Assembly: GCA_043799565.1 (NCBI GenBank)
Contig: JAZDNP010000015.1
Coordinates: 12,557 to 76,556, forward strand
Direction of reading: 5' to 3'
DNA length: 64,000 bases
Source: Candidatus Brennerbacteria bacterium
Lineage (GTDB): Bacteria; Patescibacteriota; Minisyncoccia; UBA6257; GWB1-50-10
Under the pieces are notes generated by a model. It did no database searches. It was not told where the DNA came from and was given only the letters and a program-made list of their open reading frames with translations. Below are positions 1 to 9,905 of this stretch, piece after piece (the stretch's first letter is position 1; every line of letters begins with the position of its first letter). A program made the position numbers and the translations under genes.

Positions 1-53
1 ACGAATGGATAGAGATAAGAAATAATGGAGCATCTTCCGTAAGTTTTGACGAC

Positions 54-2768
54 GTGAAGTTTTTAGAGGGAGGCACAAATCATCGCCTCTCATCCATGCG
101 GGGGAGCGCTTCTCTTACTGTAGGTGGATACGCGGTCATAGCGGATGACGCTGACCAATTTCTTATCGATTTTCCATTATTCTCGGGAAATCTTTTTGAC
201 AGTTCATTCTCGCTTTCGAACGACGGCGAAGCACTCCCACTCGCCTTCAATGGAAGTTCATTTTACTCCGTGGCGTATGCCTCGAGCACGGGCGCCTACG
301 GCGACGGGAATTCGCTCCAGTTAACTGGAGCAGGGTGGGTGGCAGCAGTGCCGACGCCCGGCGTGGCGAATGTTGCCGTAACTATTTCTACTGGCGGTTC
401 TACGGGCGACACATCAACCTCCACCGTGACCTCATCGCCTCCGACGTCAGGGTTTGGCGCATCTCATGTGGTGATAAGCGAGGTGCAGGTTGATGGTGTT
501 GATGCGGGAGATGAATTTATTGAACTTTACAATCCTACTGATGCCGCGGTAGATCTTTCCGGATGGTCGCTTCAATATGTGAGTGGTGCAGTGGAGACGG
601 TTACTTCGTCCACGGTGAGCAAGAAAAATTTTTTGGCGACCAGCTTTATTGCCGCAAAGGGTTTTTACCTTATTGGGCGCGGGTTTAATGCGGCAGGAGA
701 AGACGGATATCAAGGATATGTGGAACCCAATATGACGCATCGTACCTTCTCACTCTCTGGCGTATCCGCTGGTGCGCGAATTTTCCTTGTACCAAGCGCC
801 ACGTTTATAGAAAGTGAGACCGACCCCAATATTCTTGATGTGCTGGACTACACTTCAACTACTATTCCTGACGCGGGGAGTAGTTTTGAACGCCGCGCGT
901 GGAGTAACAATTTGTGTCACTCTGTGATTCCAAACGGGAGCGGAGAATTTTTAGGAAATGGGTGTGATGCCGGTGTATTTGCGGACGATTTTGAGTTGCG
1001 TTCTATCTCACGCCCACAAAATAGCGGAAGTTTTGTGGAGCCGCGCGCCGCACCTTCAGCGCTCCAGGTACCGACTGGCGCTTTAGCGCTCGCGGAATAT
1101 GTTCGAGATTCTGTTTCAATCAATTTTGCATGGGAACCATCCGCTGATTTCCAAGGAGTCACCTCCACTATGGTCTATCGGATTACGAACGCGTCCACCT
1201 CCGCAGCCATTTTCAATGCAATCTCAACGTCGTTTTCGCAGCGAGTTACCGAAGTGGGGAGATCGCACTCGTTCGTACTTCAAGCATTCGATCGGGACGG
1301 AATGGGGTCTGCAACAACTTCGGTCACAGTGGACGCGCCAAGTTTCGTAAACTCTCTTTATCTTTATCCCGACCCGTTCGCCACGAGTAGCCGTTATGCC
1401 GTTGATCTTTACTATGATTCATATCCGTTTATTCCGCACCGCTGGAGCTCCGGAGACACTTCGCGTGTGGCAGTGTTTTATCTCAATCGAGTTCCCTCAA
1501 CAGAGCGGGATTTTGTAACCTCAGGCGGTGCCGAGGTCCCAGTCGCTATGCGTGAGGGACTTCTCGCAATGAAGTTCCGGGATTGTGGCGGGCAACCGGA
1601 TCAGATAAGCTCACTTCCCATACTTCCTGATTCAAGCGGGAATTGTGAGGGTGCTGGACCGAATGTTGATGATGTTTCATTCTTGCTCCTTGAAGACCCA
1701 CATGTGCGATTCACGCTCGCCTCGCCAAGCGACACACTTGCGCTCTCCGCGGCAGATTATCTTACTTTGGCGTTCTACGATTATTCGTCACCGACGTGGG
1801 CATGTACGTGCCGCATGTTCTCGATCGTCGCGATTGATGCAAATCGCTACTATTTCAGCTCTACCGCGCCCCCCTTTGCGGCTCCAATATTGCCGGATAC
1901 GCTCCAAGTTGAATTCAAACCAACGCAATCGCGCCTTATCACGCGGTGGGAGGCAGCAACGGACCGCGATACACTCGATAACCTCCTCGCCTACGAGATT
2001 AACTTCTCGACGAGCACGGCGCTTGATGAGACGCGGTGGGAGTCAGCGGGCGCCCAGCCAAGCGCTAATCTCGACAACCAAACGTTCATTTCGCACCGCT
2101 TCTTGCGGCACGTAACGCCAGGTGACCCATTTACAGTTGGCGTCCGTGCAAAAGATGAATTTAATGTGACGTCTACATCGCGCATGGTCATGTGGCCGTA
2201 TCCCGCCGTAGCGGAAGTATTTTCCCAAGCGACGAGCACTGGGTGGAGTGTCCAGTGGGGTGATAAAAATCCTAATCGCACCGATTCAAGCGTTGCCTCG
2301 CTTCAAAGCGTTACGCCCGCCACCACCATTATATTCGATGTGGCGTCAGTGCGCGTGTGGGAAGACCAAACGAGGAGGGGTGCTCTCGCAACCCTCCGCC
2401 TCGGGGTGTACGGCGATGATGGGGAGAGTCGGCCGCTTCTTTCATTAAAAATAGGGGAAGCGACGGTAGAGAAAAAAGGGGAAACGCCCACAGCTACCGA
2501 CATTGCGTTCACGTTTTCAAACCCAGTGACGCTCGACGCAGGCACAAAGTACTGGCTCGTGCTCGACGTGGGGAGCTACGATAACGGCATGGCGTACTAT
2601 GATAACCGATGGCGGAACGCCATTTCGGTGGGGAACGACGCGTATCCGGCTGGACAGGCGGGAAAGGGGAGCGCCACTTTATGCACTGACATGGATTTTT
2701 GCAAGGTGGAAGTACCTGCGCCGGCCGGCACGCCCGACTGGTATCTGAAACTTTATCTTAGGCAGTAG
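54..2768 (+). CDS. Large probable extracellular protein with a lamin-tail domain (LTD); the reading frame is open to the window edge, so the gene may be 5'-partial
   Basis: 904-aa ORF. The segment VVISEVQVDGVDAGDEFIELYNPTDAAVDLSGWSLQY matches the LTD signature (ISEV...EFIEL.N.....DLSGW.L) typical of CPR surface proteins. No signal peptide follows the first in-window start (GTG at 54), and there is no in-frame stop between 3 and 53. Confidence 0.6.
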   Translation: MKFLEGGTNHRLSSMRGSASLTVGGYAVIADDADQFLIDFPLFSGNLFDSSFSLSNDGEALPLAFNGSSFYSVAYASSTGAYGDGNSLQLTGAGWVAAVPTPGVANVAVTISTGGSTGDTSTSTVTSSPPTSGFGASHVVISEVQVDGVDAGDEFIELYNPTDAAVDLSGWSLQYVSGAVETVTSSTVSKKNFLATSFIAAKGFYLIGRGFNAAGEDGYQGYVEPNMTHRTFSLSGVSAGARIFLVPSATFIESETDPNILDVLDYTSTTIPDAGSSFERRAWSNNLCHSVIPNGSGEFLGNGCDAGVFADDFELRSISRPQNSGSFVEPRAAPSALQVPTGALALAEYVRDSVSINFAWEPSADFQGVTSTMVYRITNASTSAAIFNAISTSFSQRVTEVGRSHSFVLQAFDRDGMGSATTSVTVDAPSFVNSLYLYPDPFATSSRYAVDLYYDSYPFIPHRWSSGDTSRVAVFYLNRVPSTERDFVTSGGAEVPVAMREGLLAMKFRDCGGQPDQISSLPILPDSSGNCEGAGPNVDDVSFLLLEDPHVRFTLASPSDTLALSAADYLTLAFYDYSSPTWACTCRMFSIVAIDANRYYFSSTAPPFAAPILPDTLQVEFKPTQSRLITRWEAATDRDTLDNLLAYEINFSTSTALDETRWESAGAQPSANLDNQTFISHRFLRHVTPGDPFTVGVRAKDEFNVTSTSRMVMWPYPAVAEVFSQATSTGWSVQWGDKNPNRTDSSVASLQSVTPATTIIFDVASVRVWEDQTRRGALATLRLGVYGDDGESRPLLSLKIGEATVEKKGETPTATDIAFTFSNPVTLDAGTKYWLVLDVGSYDNGMAYYDNRWRNAISVGNDAYPAGQAGKGSATLCTDMDFCKVEVPAPAGTPDWYLKLYLRQ

Positions 2769-2775
2769 CAGACGG

Positions 2776-2815
2776 TTCACTCACTTTTGATGCATATGCA
2801 TAGAAAGTGAGTGAA
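2776..2815 (+). terminator. Stem-loop immediately after the stop of the LTD gene: 12-bp perfect stem ttcactcacttt/aaagtgagtgaa with a palindromic ATGCATATGCAT loop; there is no clear U-tract
   Basis: Inverted repeat read directly from the sequence, located 8 nt after the stop at 2768. It is followed by a tandem 10-bp repeat gaataccgtt x2 at 2838-2857. Confidence 0.35.
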
Positions 2816-2885
2816 GTGGTGTTGTGTCTGAGTGCTGTTGAATACCGTTGAATACCGTTGTGCTACCGGGTATGCTCCTCCATAG

Positions 2886-4091
2886 ATGGATACGAAGAAA
2901 CTATGGAGCACCATGCCGGAGACGCCCGGGGTATATCTCATGCGGGACACCGCGAAGCGGCTCCTTTATATAGGCAAAGCGGCGAATTTGCGGAGGCGCG
3001 TGCAAAGCTATTTCACGCGGCCCCACGACGCGCGGATTTCCAAACTCGTTGCGCACATACGGACGATAGACCACAAAAAGACCGCAACCGCGCTTGAGGC
3101 GCTCATATTGGAAGCGGCGCTCATCAAAAAATACCAGCCGCCCTATAACATTCAGGAAAAAGACGACACAAGCTTTCTCTATGTTGTTATCACGAAGGAG
3201 AAATTTCCGCGCCTCATACTTACACGAGGGAAAGTGGTGGGGAAATCGCGTGGCGACGTGTTCGGACCGTTCATCCAGGGCGGGAGCATCCGCGAAGCGC
3301 TCCGCCTTCTCCGGCGAATATTTCCATGGAGCGTGCATAGCCCCTCGGAGATTGGCACGTTCAAACGGCCGTGCTTTGAATATGAACTCGGACTTTGCCC
3401 CGGCACGTGCGTGAATGTGGCGGACAAGGCGGAATATGCCGCGAACATCCGCCGCCTCAAGCAACTTTTCCGGGGCAAGCGGCCTACGATTCTCCGCGAG
3501 CTCGCGCGCGCGATGAAAACAGCGGCGAAGCACGAGGAATTCGAAAAAGCGGCAATCTATCGGAAACAGCTTTTTGCGCTGAAACACATCCAAGACGTTG
3601 CGCTCATAAAAGACAACGAGTTTACGCTCCCGCAAGCGCCGGTCCGGACGCTGCGCATTGAGGGGTATGACGTTTCAAACATTTCCGGCACATCGGCAAC
3701 CGGGGCCATGGTGGTGTTCCGCGGTGACCGGAGCGCAAGGGAGGGATACCGACTTTTCAAAATCCATTCGCTCCATACGCCGAACGACGTGGGGATGCTC
3801 CGCGAGGTATTGACGAGGAGGTTCAAAAACAACTGGCCACTCCCCGACCTTCTCTTAATAGACGGCGGGAAGGGACAGGTAAACGCGGCGCATGTGGCAA
3901 TGAAAGACGCGGGGCTTTTCATCCCTATTGTGGGGCTTGCGAAGGGGCCGACACGCAAACGGACGGATGTAATAGGGGAAGCGCCAAAAGGAGTTTCACT
4001 TCGCACTTTGGTGCGCGTACGCGACGAGGCACATCGTTTCGCGCGAAGTTTTCACATCCGGCTCCGAAGCAGGAATTTTGTGAAAAAGTAG
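2886..4091 (+). CDS. uvrC: Excinuclease ABC subunit C-like protein (GIY-YIG domain plus the UvrC RNase-H-like endonuclease domain); short form without the C-terminal HhH region
   Basis: N-terminus PGVYLMRD...LYIGKAANLRRRVQSYF is a GIY-YIG motif. The C-terminal YDVSNISGTSATGAMVVF...LLLIDGGKGQVNAA...IVGLAKG matches the UvrC endonuclease domain. The protein is 401 aa versus about 600 aa for canonical UvrC. Confidence 0.7.
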   Translation: MDTKKLWSTMPETPGVYLMRDTAKRLLYIGKAANLRRRVQSYFTRPHDARISKLVAHIRTIDHKKTATALEALILEAALIKKYQPPYNIQEKDDTSFLYVVITKEKFPRLILTRGKVVGKSRGDVFGPFIQGGSIREALRLLRRIFPWSVHSPSEIGTFKRPCFEYELGLCPGTCVNVADKAEYAANIRRLKQLFRGKRPTILRELARAMKTAAKHEEFEKAAIYRKQLFALKHIQDVALIKDNEFTLPQAPVRTLRIEGYDVSNISGTSATGAMVVFRGDRSAREGYRLFKIHSLHTPNDVGMLREVLTRRFKNNWPLPDLLLIDGGKGQVNAAHVAMKDAGLFIPIVGLAKGPTRKRTDVIGEAPKGVSLRTLVRVRDEAHRFARSFHIRLRSRNFVKK

Positions 4092-4165
4092 AGCTTCAGT
4101 TACATCGCATATGCGATGAAAGTGAAGTCGCTTTCCGTCGGGCAAAAGTATAAAACCGCGTATTG

Positions 4166-4558
4166 CTACGCGGCTTCTTCCAGCTCCGTATCCTGCGGGG
4201 TTTCAATCCCGTGTTTTATTTCGGCTTCTTTTACCGTGTCTTTCGCGAGTTCCGCGAAATCCTGGAAAGCCGCCGAGCAAAACTCAATTTCATCAATAAA
4301 GCGTGCGCCCACCTCGCGCGCAAATTCCTCGCCTTCCTCCACACTTACCACGCCAATAGCGCGGTCAATGAGTGCGGCGAGGTCCTGTTCCACGATGCCG
4401 CGCTCTCCGCGCCGCAGTTGTTCCAGGTGTTTTTTCGTAAATTCGGCGAGGAGCGTTGATACCAGCTCTCCCGCAACCTCCTTCGCGTTTTGAGGTTCCA
4501 TTTCCGGTTTCGGCGTCCTTTCCATTCCCATGCCGTTATTTTCATGCTGATGCCGCAA
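4166..4558 (-). CDS. Hypothetical small acidic protein
   Basis: 130-aa ORF convergent with uvrC, acidic and predicted helical. The overlapping plus-strand ORFs are low-complexity and less protein-like. Confidence 0.4.
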   Translation of the reverse strand: MRHQHENNGMGMERTPKPEMEPQNAKEVAGELVSTLLAEFTKKHLEQLRRGERGIVEQDLAALIDRAIGVVSVEEGEEFAREVGARFIDEIEFCSAAFQDFAELAKDTVKEAEIKHGIETPQDTELEEAA

Positions 4559-4606
4559 AAAAACAAGCGCCGTGTCCTTTGGTAAGGAACGGCGCTCATA
4601 TTATCG

Positions 4607-4864
4607 TCAGCTCCCATGAGTGTGGAGCAGCATATTCACCACCCTTTTCAGGCCCTCCTTACCGTACTTGCGGTACATCTTGCCGCAGGTGACGCAGAGT
4701 TCCGGGGTGAGTTCACTCTCGGTCTCGCGGTCGGTATGCTCGGGGCAGTGCGGGATGCCGCAGTTGCTGCATGGTGCGTCGCCGAACTGTGCGTCAAACA
4801 TCTGTAAGCAGATGCCGCACTTTTCGGAGCCGACCGTCTCGGGACCTACGGTGATCTGTGGCAT
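4607..4864 (-). CDS. Hypothetical small Cys-rich (zinc-ribbon-like) protein
   Basis: 85 aa with CGIC...CSNC...HCPEH...CVTC motifs; possibly co-transcribed with 4166-4558. Confidence 0.45.
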   Translation of the reverse strand: MPQITVGPETVGSEKCGICLQMFDAQFGDAPCSNCGIPHCPEHTDRETESELTPELCVTCGKMYRKYGKEGLKRVVNMLLHTHGS

Positions 4865-4956
4865 AGGATTTCCCTCTGGTTGGATGTTCTATGAGTGACA
4901 ATATAGTGGCGCGGGCGCGATGTAAAGAGGAGATTCCCGTGGTGTAGAATGGAGGC

Positions 4957-6636
4957 ATGACGTTTTCGGAGACGCTGCGAGCAAAAGGGTTGGAAGTTTC
5001 GGATGATGCAGTAACGCGCACCCGCTACGCGCGTGACGCGAGTTTATTTGAGGTAATGCCCGCGGCCATCACGTACCCAAAGAGTGCGGAAGACGTAAAA
5101 ACGCTCGTGCGATATGTCGCGGAACGCACCGGAGCGGGCGAAAAGGTTTCGCTTACGCCCCGCGGCGGTGGAAGCTGTATGAGCGGCGGTCCCCTAACCG
5201 AGTCGCTCGTGGTGGATGTTACGAAATATATGAATCGCGTTCTTGAAGTGGGCGACCGCGTGAATACCACTGGCGGATCTCCGGAAGGGTATGCGACCGC
5301 GGAACCGGGATGTTTCTATCGCGATTTTGAAAAAGCGACACTTGCGAAAGGGTATCTTATGCCCGCGTTTCCCGCATCGCGCGAGATGTGCACCATCGGT
5401 GGCATGGTGGGGAACGATGCGGCGGGTGAGAAAACGCTGAAATACGGCAAAGTGCACAACTTCGTGACAAAACTGAAGGCCGTACTTGCAGACGGGAACG
5501 AGTACGAGATAAAGCCGCTTACCGCACGCGAACTCTCAGCAAAAGAAGCGCTCGGCACGTTTGAGGGAGACATATATAAGAGGCTCCACGCGCTCCTTGA
5601 GGCAAATTACGAAAAAGTGAAGGCGGCGAAGCCGAACGTCGCTAAAAATTCCGCCGGATTCAACCTTTGGGATGTGTGGGACCGAAAAACTTTTGATATC
5701 ACAAAGCTTTTCACAGGATCGCAAGGCACGCTTGGTATCGCGACCGAAGCGACATTCCGCCTCGTAACACCCGAGGCGCACTCAGGGATGCTCGTGATTT
5801 TTCTCAAAGACATTGCGCCTTTGGTCGATATCATCCGCACGGTGCTTACTCTCACACCTTCCAGCGTGGAGTCGTTCGACCGCTACACCTTCTCGCTCGC
5901 GCTGAAACATTTCTGGGGATTTTTCAAATTATTCGCGCGGAATCCCTTCTCACTCCTCTTCGCCTTCGTGCCCGAGGCCTTGACTGTGATGGTCCACGGG
6001 ATGCCCGCGTTCATCGTGATGGTGGAATTTGAAGAGACGACCGTTACTGCGGTTATGGAAAAGCTTGCTGCACTCAAAACAGCGCTCATCGACTTGGAGG
6101 CACGCGGACATTTTAAAACTGTCATGCACACGTTGAAGAGCGCGCGTGCCGCACGAAAGTTCTGGGTCATCCGCCACGAGAGCTTCAATTTGCTGCGCCA
6201 CAAGGTGCAGGGACTCCAGACCGCGCCGTTCATTGACGATATCGTGGTGAACCCCGAGTACCTTTCTACGTTCCTTCCCGAGGTCTACGCGATACTCGCC
6301 CGCTACGGATTTCTTGCTACCGTGGCGGGGCATGTGGGCGAGGGGAATTTCCACGTCATCCCGCTCATGCGGCTTGCGGACGAGAGCGAGCGCGCAAAGA
6401 TAAAGCCCGCGATGGATGAGGTCTACGCGCTCGTCCTCCGCTACCACGGCTCCATCACCGGAGAACACAACGACGGACTGGTGCGGAGCCCGTACCTTTC
6501 GCAAATGTTCGGCGCGGACATCTACGCGCTCTTTGAAGAGGTGAAGCGCATTTTTGACCCGCATAATATTTTCAACCCAGGGAAGAAAGTGGGGGCTTCG
6601 ATTGAATACGCGCTCGCGCACTTGAAAAAAGGATAG
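4957..6636 (+). CDS. FAD-binding oxidoreductase (FAD-linked oxidase, GlcD / D-lactate dehydrogenase-like family)
   Basis: N-terminal PCMH-type FAD-binding region (RGGGSCMSGG, TIGGMVGNDAAGEK) and a C-terminal FAD-linked-oxidase-like region (GHVGEGNFHV...ITGEHNDGL). Confidence 0.7.
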   Translation: MTFSETLRAKGLEVSDDAVTRTRYARDASLFEVMPAAITYPKSAEDVKTLVRYVAERTGAGEKVSLTPRGGGSCMSGGPLTESLVVDVTKYMNRVLEVGDRVNTTGGSPEGYATAEPGCFYRDFEKATLAKGYLMPAFPASREMCTIGGMVGNDAAGEKTLKYGKVHNFVTKLKAVLADGNEYEIKPLTARELSAKEALGTFEGDIYKRLHALLEANYEKVKAAKPNVAKNSAGFNLWDVWDRKTFDITKLFTGSQGTLGIATEATFRLVTPEAHSGMLVIFLKDIAPLVDIIRTVLTLTPSSVESFDRYTFSLALKHFWGFFKLFARNPFSLLFAFVPEALTVMVHGMPAFIVMVEFEETTVTAVMEKLAALKTALIDLEARGHFKTVMHTLKSARAARKFWVIRHESFNLLRHKVQGLQTAPFIDDIVVNPEYLSTFLPEVYAILARYGFLATVAGHVGEGNFHVIPLMRLADESERAKIKPAMDEVYALVLRYHGSITGEHNDGLVRSPYLSQMFGADIYALFEEVKRIFDPHNIFNPGKKVGASIEYALAHLKKG

Positions 6637-6666
6637 TTTTTCTCTACACTAACCGTACTTTCAACA

Positions 6667-7908
6667 ATGCTTCGTTCCCGACTTATAGGCATTCTCACAT
6701 TCCTCGTCATCCTCTCCGCCCTTGCGGGGGTTTTTTCGTACGAGCCGCTGTGGAACAAAATAAGCTCCGTCAGACCTTGGGCATTGGGGTTGGACCTTTC
6801 GGGCGGCACCGTACTTACATATTCCATCGACCTTTCCAACGTGGGTTCAGGCGACCGCAGTTCGGTGGTGGAATGGCTCCGCGATGTAATTGAACGGCGG
6901 GTGAATCTCTTCGGCGTGCAGGAGCCTCGCGTATATCTTGCGCGTGCGGGCGGCGAGGACCGGCTCGTGGTAGAGCTCGCGGGTACGCGAGATGTGACCG
7001 CGGCCGCGCAAGAAATCGGCGCCACTCCCTTTTTGGAATTTCGCGAAGTGAAGGAAACTACCGCGAATGGTACGACGACTGCGGCGTTCGTTTCCACCCC
7101 GTTGAATGGGCGTTATGTGAAGGCGGCGCAGGTCGGCTTCAGTCAGGTGGGGCGGAAGCCGGAAATCTATCTCCAATTTAACGACGAAGGCGCCGATCTT
7201 TTTGAACAGCTGACCGAGGCGAACATCGGGAAACCCTTAGGCATTTTCTTGGACGGCGAACTTTTGGAAGCGCCGACCGTGCAGGGGAAGATCCCCGGCG
7301 GGACCGCGGTCATTACCGGGAGCTACACGTTGGACGAAGCGCGCGCATTCGTGGAGCGTTTCAACGCCGGTGCGCTTCCCGCGCCCATTATGCTGGTGCA
7401 CCAGGAGACCATAAGCCCGGATTTCGGCGCCGATTCGCTCGCAAAAGCGATATTTGCGGGTGCCGTGGGTACGCTTGTGGTGATGCTTTTCATGCTTATC
7501 TACTACCGCCGGCTCGGGATTTTCGCGGTTGCGGCGCTCCTTATGTATGTGGCGCTCACGCTCGCGGTCTTCAAGCTTGTGCCCGTCACCATGACGCTTG
7601 CGGGCATCGCGGGCTTTATTCTCTCCATCGGTATGGCGGTGGATGCAAATATCCTCGTCTTTGAGCGAATGAAGGAAGAATTGAAAAGAGGGATGGAGAG
7701 AAAAGCGGCAATGGAAGAGGGGTTCAAGCGGGCATGGACCTCTATCCGCGACTCCAACATTTCCACCATGATCACCGCGATCGTGCTCTACACCTTTACC
7801 TCAAGCTTTGTGCAGGGTTTTGCGCTCGCGCTTTTTATTGGTGTCTTTATGTCCATGTTCTCCGCCATCACGGTCACCCGTACCCTCATGCGCGTATTCA
7901 TCAAATAA
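6667..7908 (+). CDS. secD: Protein translocase subunit SecD
   Basis: N-terminal TM helix followed by GLDLSGGT and a periplasmic domain, then a C-terminal six-TM bundle. It sits immediately upstream of secF. Confidence 0.8.
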   Translation: MLRSRLIGILTFLVILSALAGVFSYEPLWNKISSVRPWALGLDLSGGTVLTYSIDLSNVGSGDRSSVVEWLRDVIERRVNLFGVQEPRVYLARAGGEDRLVVELAGTRDVTAAAQEIGATPFLEFREVKETTANGTTTAAFVSTPLNGRYVKAAQVGFSQVGRKPEIYLQFNDEGADLFEQLTEANIGKPLGIFLDGELLEAPTVQGKIPGGTAVITGSYTLDEARAFVERFNAGALPAPIMLVHQETISPDFGADSLAKAIFAGAVGTLVVMLFMLIYYRRLGIFAVAALLMYVALTLAVFKLVPVTMTLAGIAGFILSIGMAVDANILVFERMKEELKRGMERKAAMEEGFKRAWTSIRDSNISTMITAIVLYTFTSSFVQGFALALFIGVFMSMFSAITVTRTLMRVFIK

Positions 7909-7909
7909 C

Positions 7910-8803
7910 ATGTTCGAGCTCATCAAAAACCGCAAAATATTTCTCGGCATCTCGGGCGTGCTACTTGTCGCGAGCATCGCGTGCGTCATCGTTTTTGGCC
8001 TCACCCCGGGCACCGACCTTGTGGGAGGCACGCGCTGGCAAGTGAAGTTCAGCGATGGCGCGGTTTCCACTTCTGCGATACATGAAACGTTGAAAAATGC
8101 AGGAGCGGAAACGCTTGCGACCGTGAACGACGAGAATATCATCACCATCCGTCTTGGCGTCATAGACGAACCCGTGCATGCGGCGTACCGCACCGCGCTT
8201 ATGGCCTTGGGCGACATGCAGGAATTGAGCTTCTCTTCCATCGGTCCCACGGTCGGCGCGGAGCTTCAGAAGAAAGCGATGAACGCCATTCTCTTCGTGC
8301 TCATCGGCATCTCGCTCTACATTGCGTGGGCATTCCGCAAGGTCTCAGCGCCCGTGAAGTCGTGGAAGTACGGAATGGCAACACTCATCTCACTGTTCCA
8401 TGACGTCGTGATACCCACCGGTCTCCTCGCGGTTCTTGGCGCATGGAAGGGGATAGAAGTGGATACGAACTTTATTGTTGCGCTTCTCGTCGTTATGGGG
8501 TTTTCTGTGCACGACACTATCGTGGTATTTGACCGTATCCGTGAGAATCTTCTTCGGGCGCAGGGAAAGTTCGATTTTGCGGAGGTGATAAACCGGAGCG
8601 TTCGCGAGACCTTCGTGAGGTCTCTCAATACCTCGCTTACCCTCGTGTTGGTGCTCATCGCGCTCATCGTGGCAGGGCCTTCATCGCTCTTCTACTTCGT
8701 GCTCGTTATCCTCGTCGGTACCGTGGTAGGCACCTACTCCTCCATCTTTGTGGCGAGCCCGCTTCTTTACCTTTTTGGACATGGGGCGGTAAGGAAAGGA
8801 TAG
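7910..8803 (+). CDS. secF: Protein translocase subunit SecF
   Basis: MFELIKNRKIFLGISGVLL... SecF-like N-terminus and six TM helices. The ATG is at 7910, one nt after the secD stop; the ORF-track start at 7808 lies inside secD. Confidence 0.8.
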   Translation: MFELIKNRKIFLGISGVLLVASIACVIVFGLTPGTDLVGGTRWQVKFSDGAVSTSAIHETLKNAGAETLATVNDENIITIRLGVIDEPVHAAYRTALMALGDMQELSFSSIGPTVGAELQKKAMNAILFVLIGISLYIAWAFRKVSAPVKSWKYGMATLISLFHDVVIPTGLLAVLGAWKGIEVDTNFIVALLVVMGFSVHDTIVVFDRIRENLLRAQGKFDFAEVINRSVRETFVRSLNTSLTLVLVLIALIVAGPSSLFYFVLVILVGTVVGTYSSIFVASPLLYLFGHGAVRKG

Positions 8804-8817
8804 GGGGTTGGAAGGAG

Positions 8818-8846
8818 TTGACGGCTTAAAAGGGGTGTGGTATCAT
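8818..8846 (+). promoter_or_regulatory. Sigma70-like promoter TTGACG-17-TATCAT overlapping the first ATG of the next gene; the predicted transcription start is near the second ATG (8854), i.e. a leaderless mRNA
   Basis: -35 at 8818-8823, 17-nt spacer, -10 at 8841-8846. There is no Shine-Dalgarno sequence at a usable distance. Confidence 0.4.
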
Positions 8847-9873
8847 GAAACTAATGAAATCTATTGATCGATTTCTTGAAGATTGTTTTGTAGCGCTCTC
8901 ACCGAAACAGCGCCGCGTTGTTGTTGGCCGGTTTGGCCTGAAAGGAGGTGCCAAATCCACCCTACAGGAGATCGGCGACGAGCTCGGGGTGACCCGGGAG
9001 CGCGTCCGCCAAATAGAGGCACAGACGATGAAAAAGCTCGCGCCCTTGGTACGCGCTGAGGCGAAGTCGTTCGTGGAAGCGGCCGTGAAGCACCTCGTCG
9101 GTGTGGGCGGCGTCCGCCGCGACGATAACTTCATGGAGGACCTCCGTGAAGCGCTTCTCAAGGGAGACCGTGAAGTGAAGAATCTTGCTGAGAAAGTGCG
9201 CTTTGTACTTCTTGCGGCAGGCGAGCCCCGCTATATGCCGGCGACCGATGACATGCACGCCTATTGGGCGGTGAACGCGGCGGCGGAAAAGAAATTCCAG
9301 GATTTTGTAAAGAAAATCACCGACTTTTTCAAAAAGGCGGGTCCGACCAAAGTCATCAACGAAAAAGCACACCTTGCGTTTTGCAAGGATATGGTGACGT
9401 GCCACTACCTTTCCATCCCGAAGCACATCGGTACGAACGTGTTCGGCGACGTGGGACTCCGCGAATGGGCGGAAATAGAGCCGAAGACGGTGCGCGACAA
9501 GGCATACTTGGTGTTGAAGAAACACACAGAACCACTTCACTTTGAAGAGATTGCGAAGCACATCGCAAAATACCGTTTGGCGGCGAAGCCGGCGCACGTG
9601 CAGACCGTGCACAACGAGCTTATCAAAGACGTTCGGTTCGTGCTTGTGGGGCGCGGTATCTACGGGCTTGAAGAGCACGGATACGAGCGCGGCACGGTGC
9701 GTGAGGTCATCGCAAAACTTTTGAAGCGTAACGGCCCGATGGATGCGAAGCGCGTGCTCACCCTCGTGAACGAGCAGCGTTTCTTGAAGCAGAACACGGT
9801 GCTTTTGGCTCTCCAGAACCGCAAGCATTTTGCTCGACTGGACGACGGAAAATACCGAGTGAAGGAAGCGTAA
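8845..9873 (+). CDS. Protein with an N-terminal sigma-70 region-4-like HTH followed by about 270 aa of unknown function (the start may be at 8854)
   Basis: LSPKQRRVVVGRFGLKGGAKSTLQEIGDELGVTRERVRQIEAQTMKKL resembles sigma-70 region 4.2; the rest of the protein is unassigned. Confidence 0.55.
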   Translation: MKLMKSIDRFLEDCFVALSPKQRRVVVGRFGLKGGAKSTLQEIGDELGVTRERVRQIEAQTMKKLAPLVRAEAKSFVEAAVKHLVGVGGVRRDDNFMEDLREALLKGDREVKNLAEKVRFVLLAAGEPRYMPATDDMHAYWAVNAAAEKKFQDFVKKITDFFKKAGPTKVINEKAHLAFCKDMVTCHYLSIPKHIGTNVFGDVGLREWAEIEPKTVRDKAYLVLKKHTEPLHFEEIAKHIAKYRLAAKPAHVQTVHNELIKDVRFVLVGRGIYGLEEHGYERGTVREVIAKLLKRNGPMDAKRVLTLVNEQRFLKQNTVLLALQNRKHFARLDDGKYRVKEA

Positions 9874-9876
9874 GGA

Positions 9877-9905
9877 ATGGTCGCCTCAGGCGACCATTTT
9901 TCGTT
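9877..9905 (+). terminator. Rho-independent terminator (9-bp stem atggtcgcc/ggcgaccat, loop tca, then TTTTTCGTT)
   Basis: Read directly from the sequence, 4 nt after the stop at 9873. Confidence 0.7.

Noticed and set aside
1645-2545. Several 60-160-aa ORFs in other frames within the LTD gene (1645-2115, 1991-2281, 2303-2545)
   Set aside because: They are nested in a 904-aa ORF with a recognisable domain. Their translations are Arg/Ser-rich and low-complexity.
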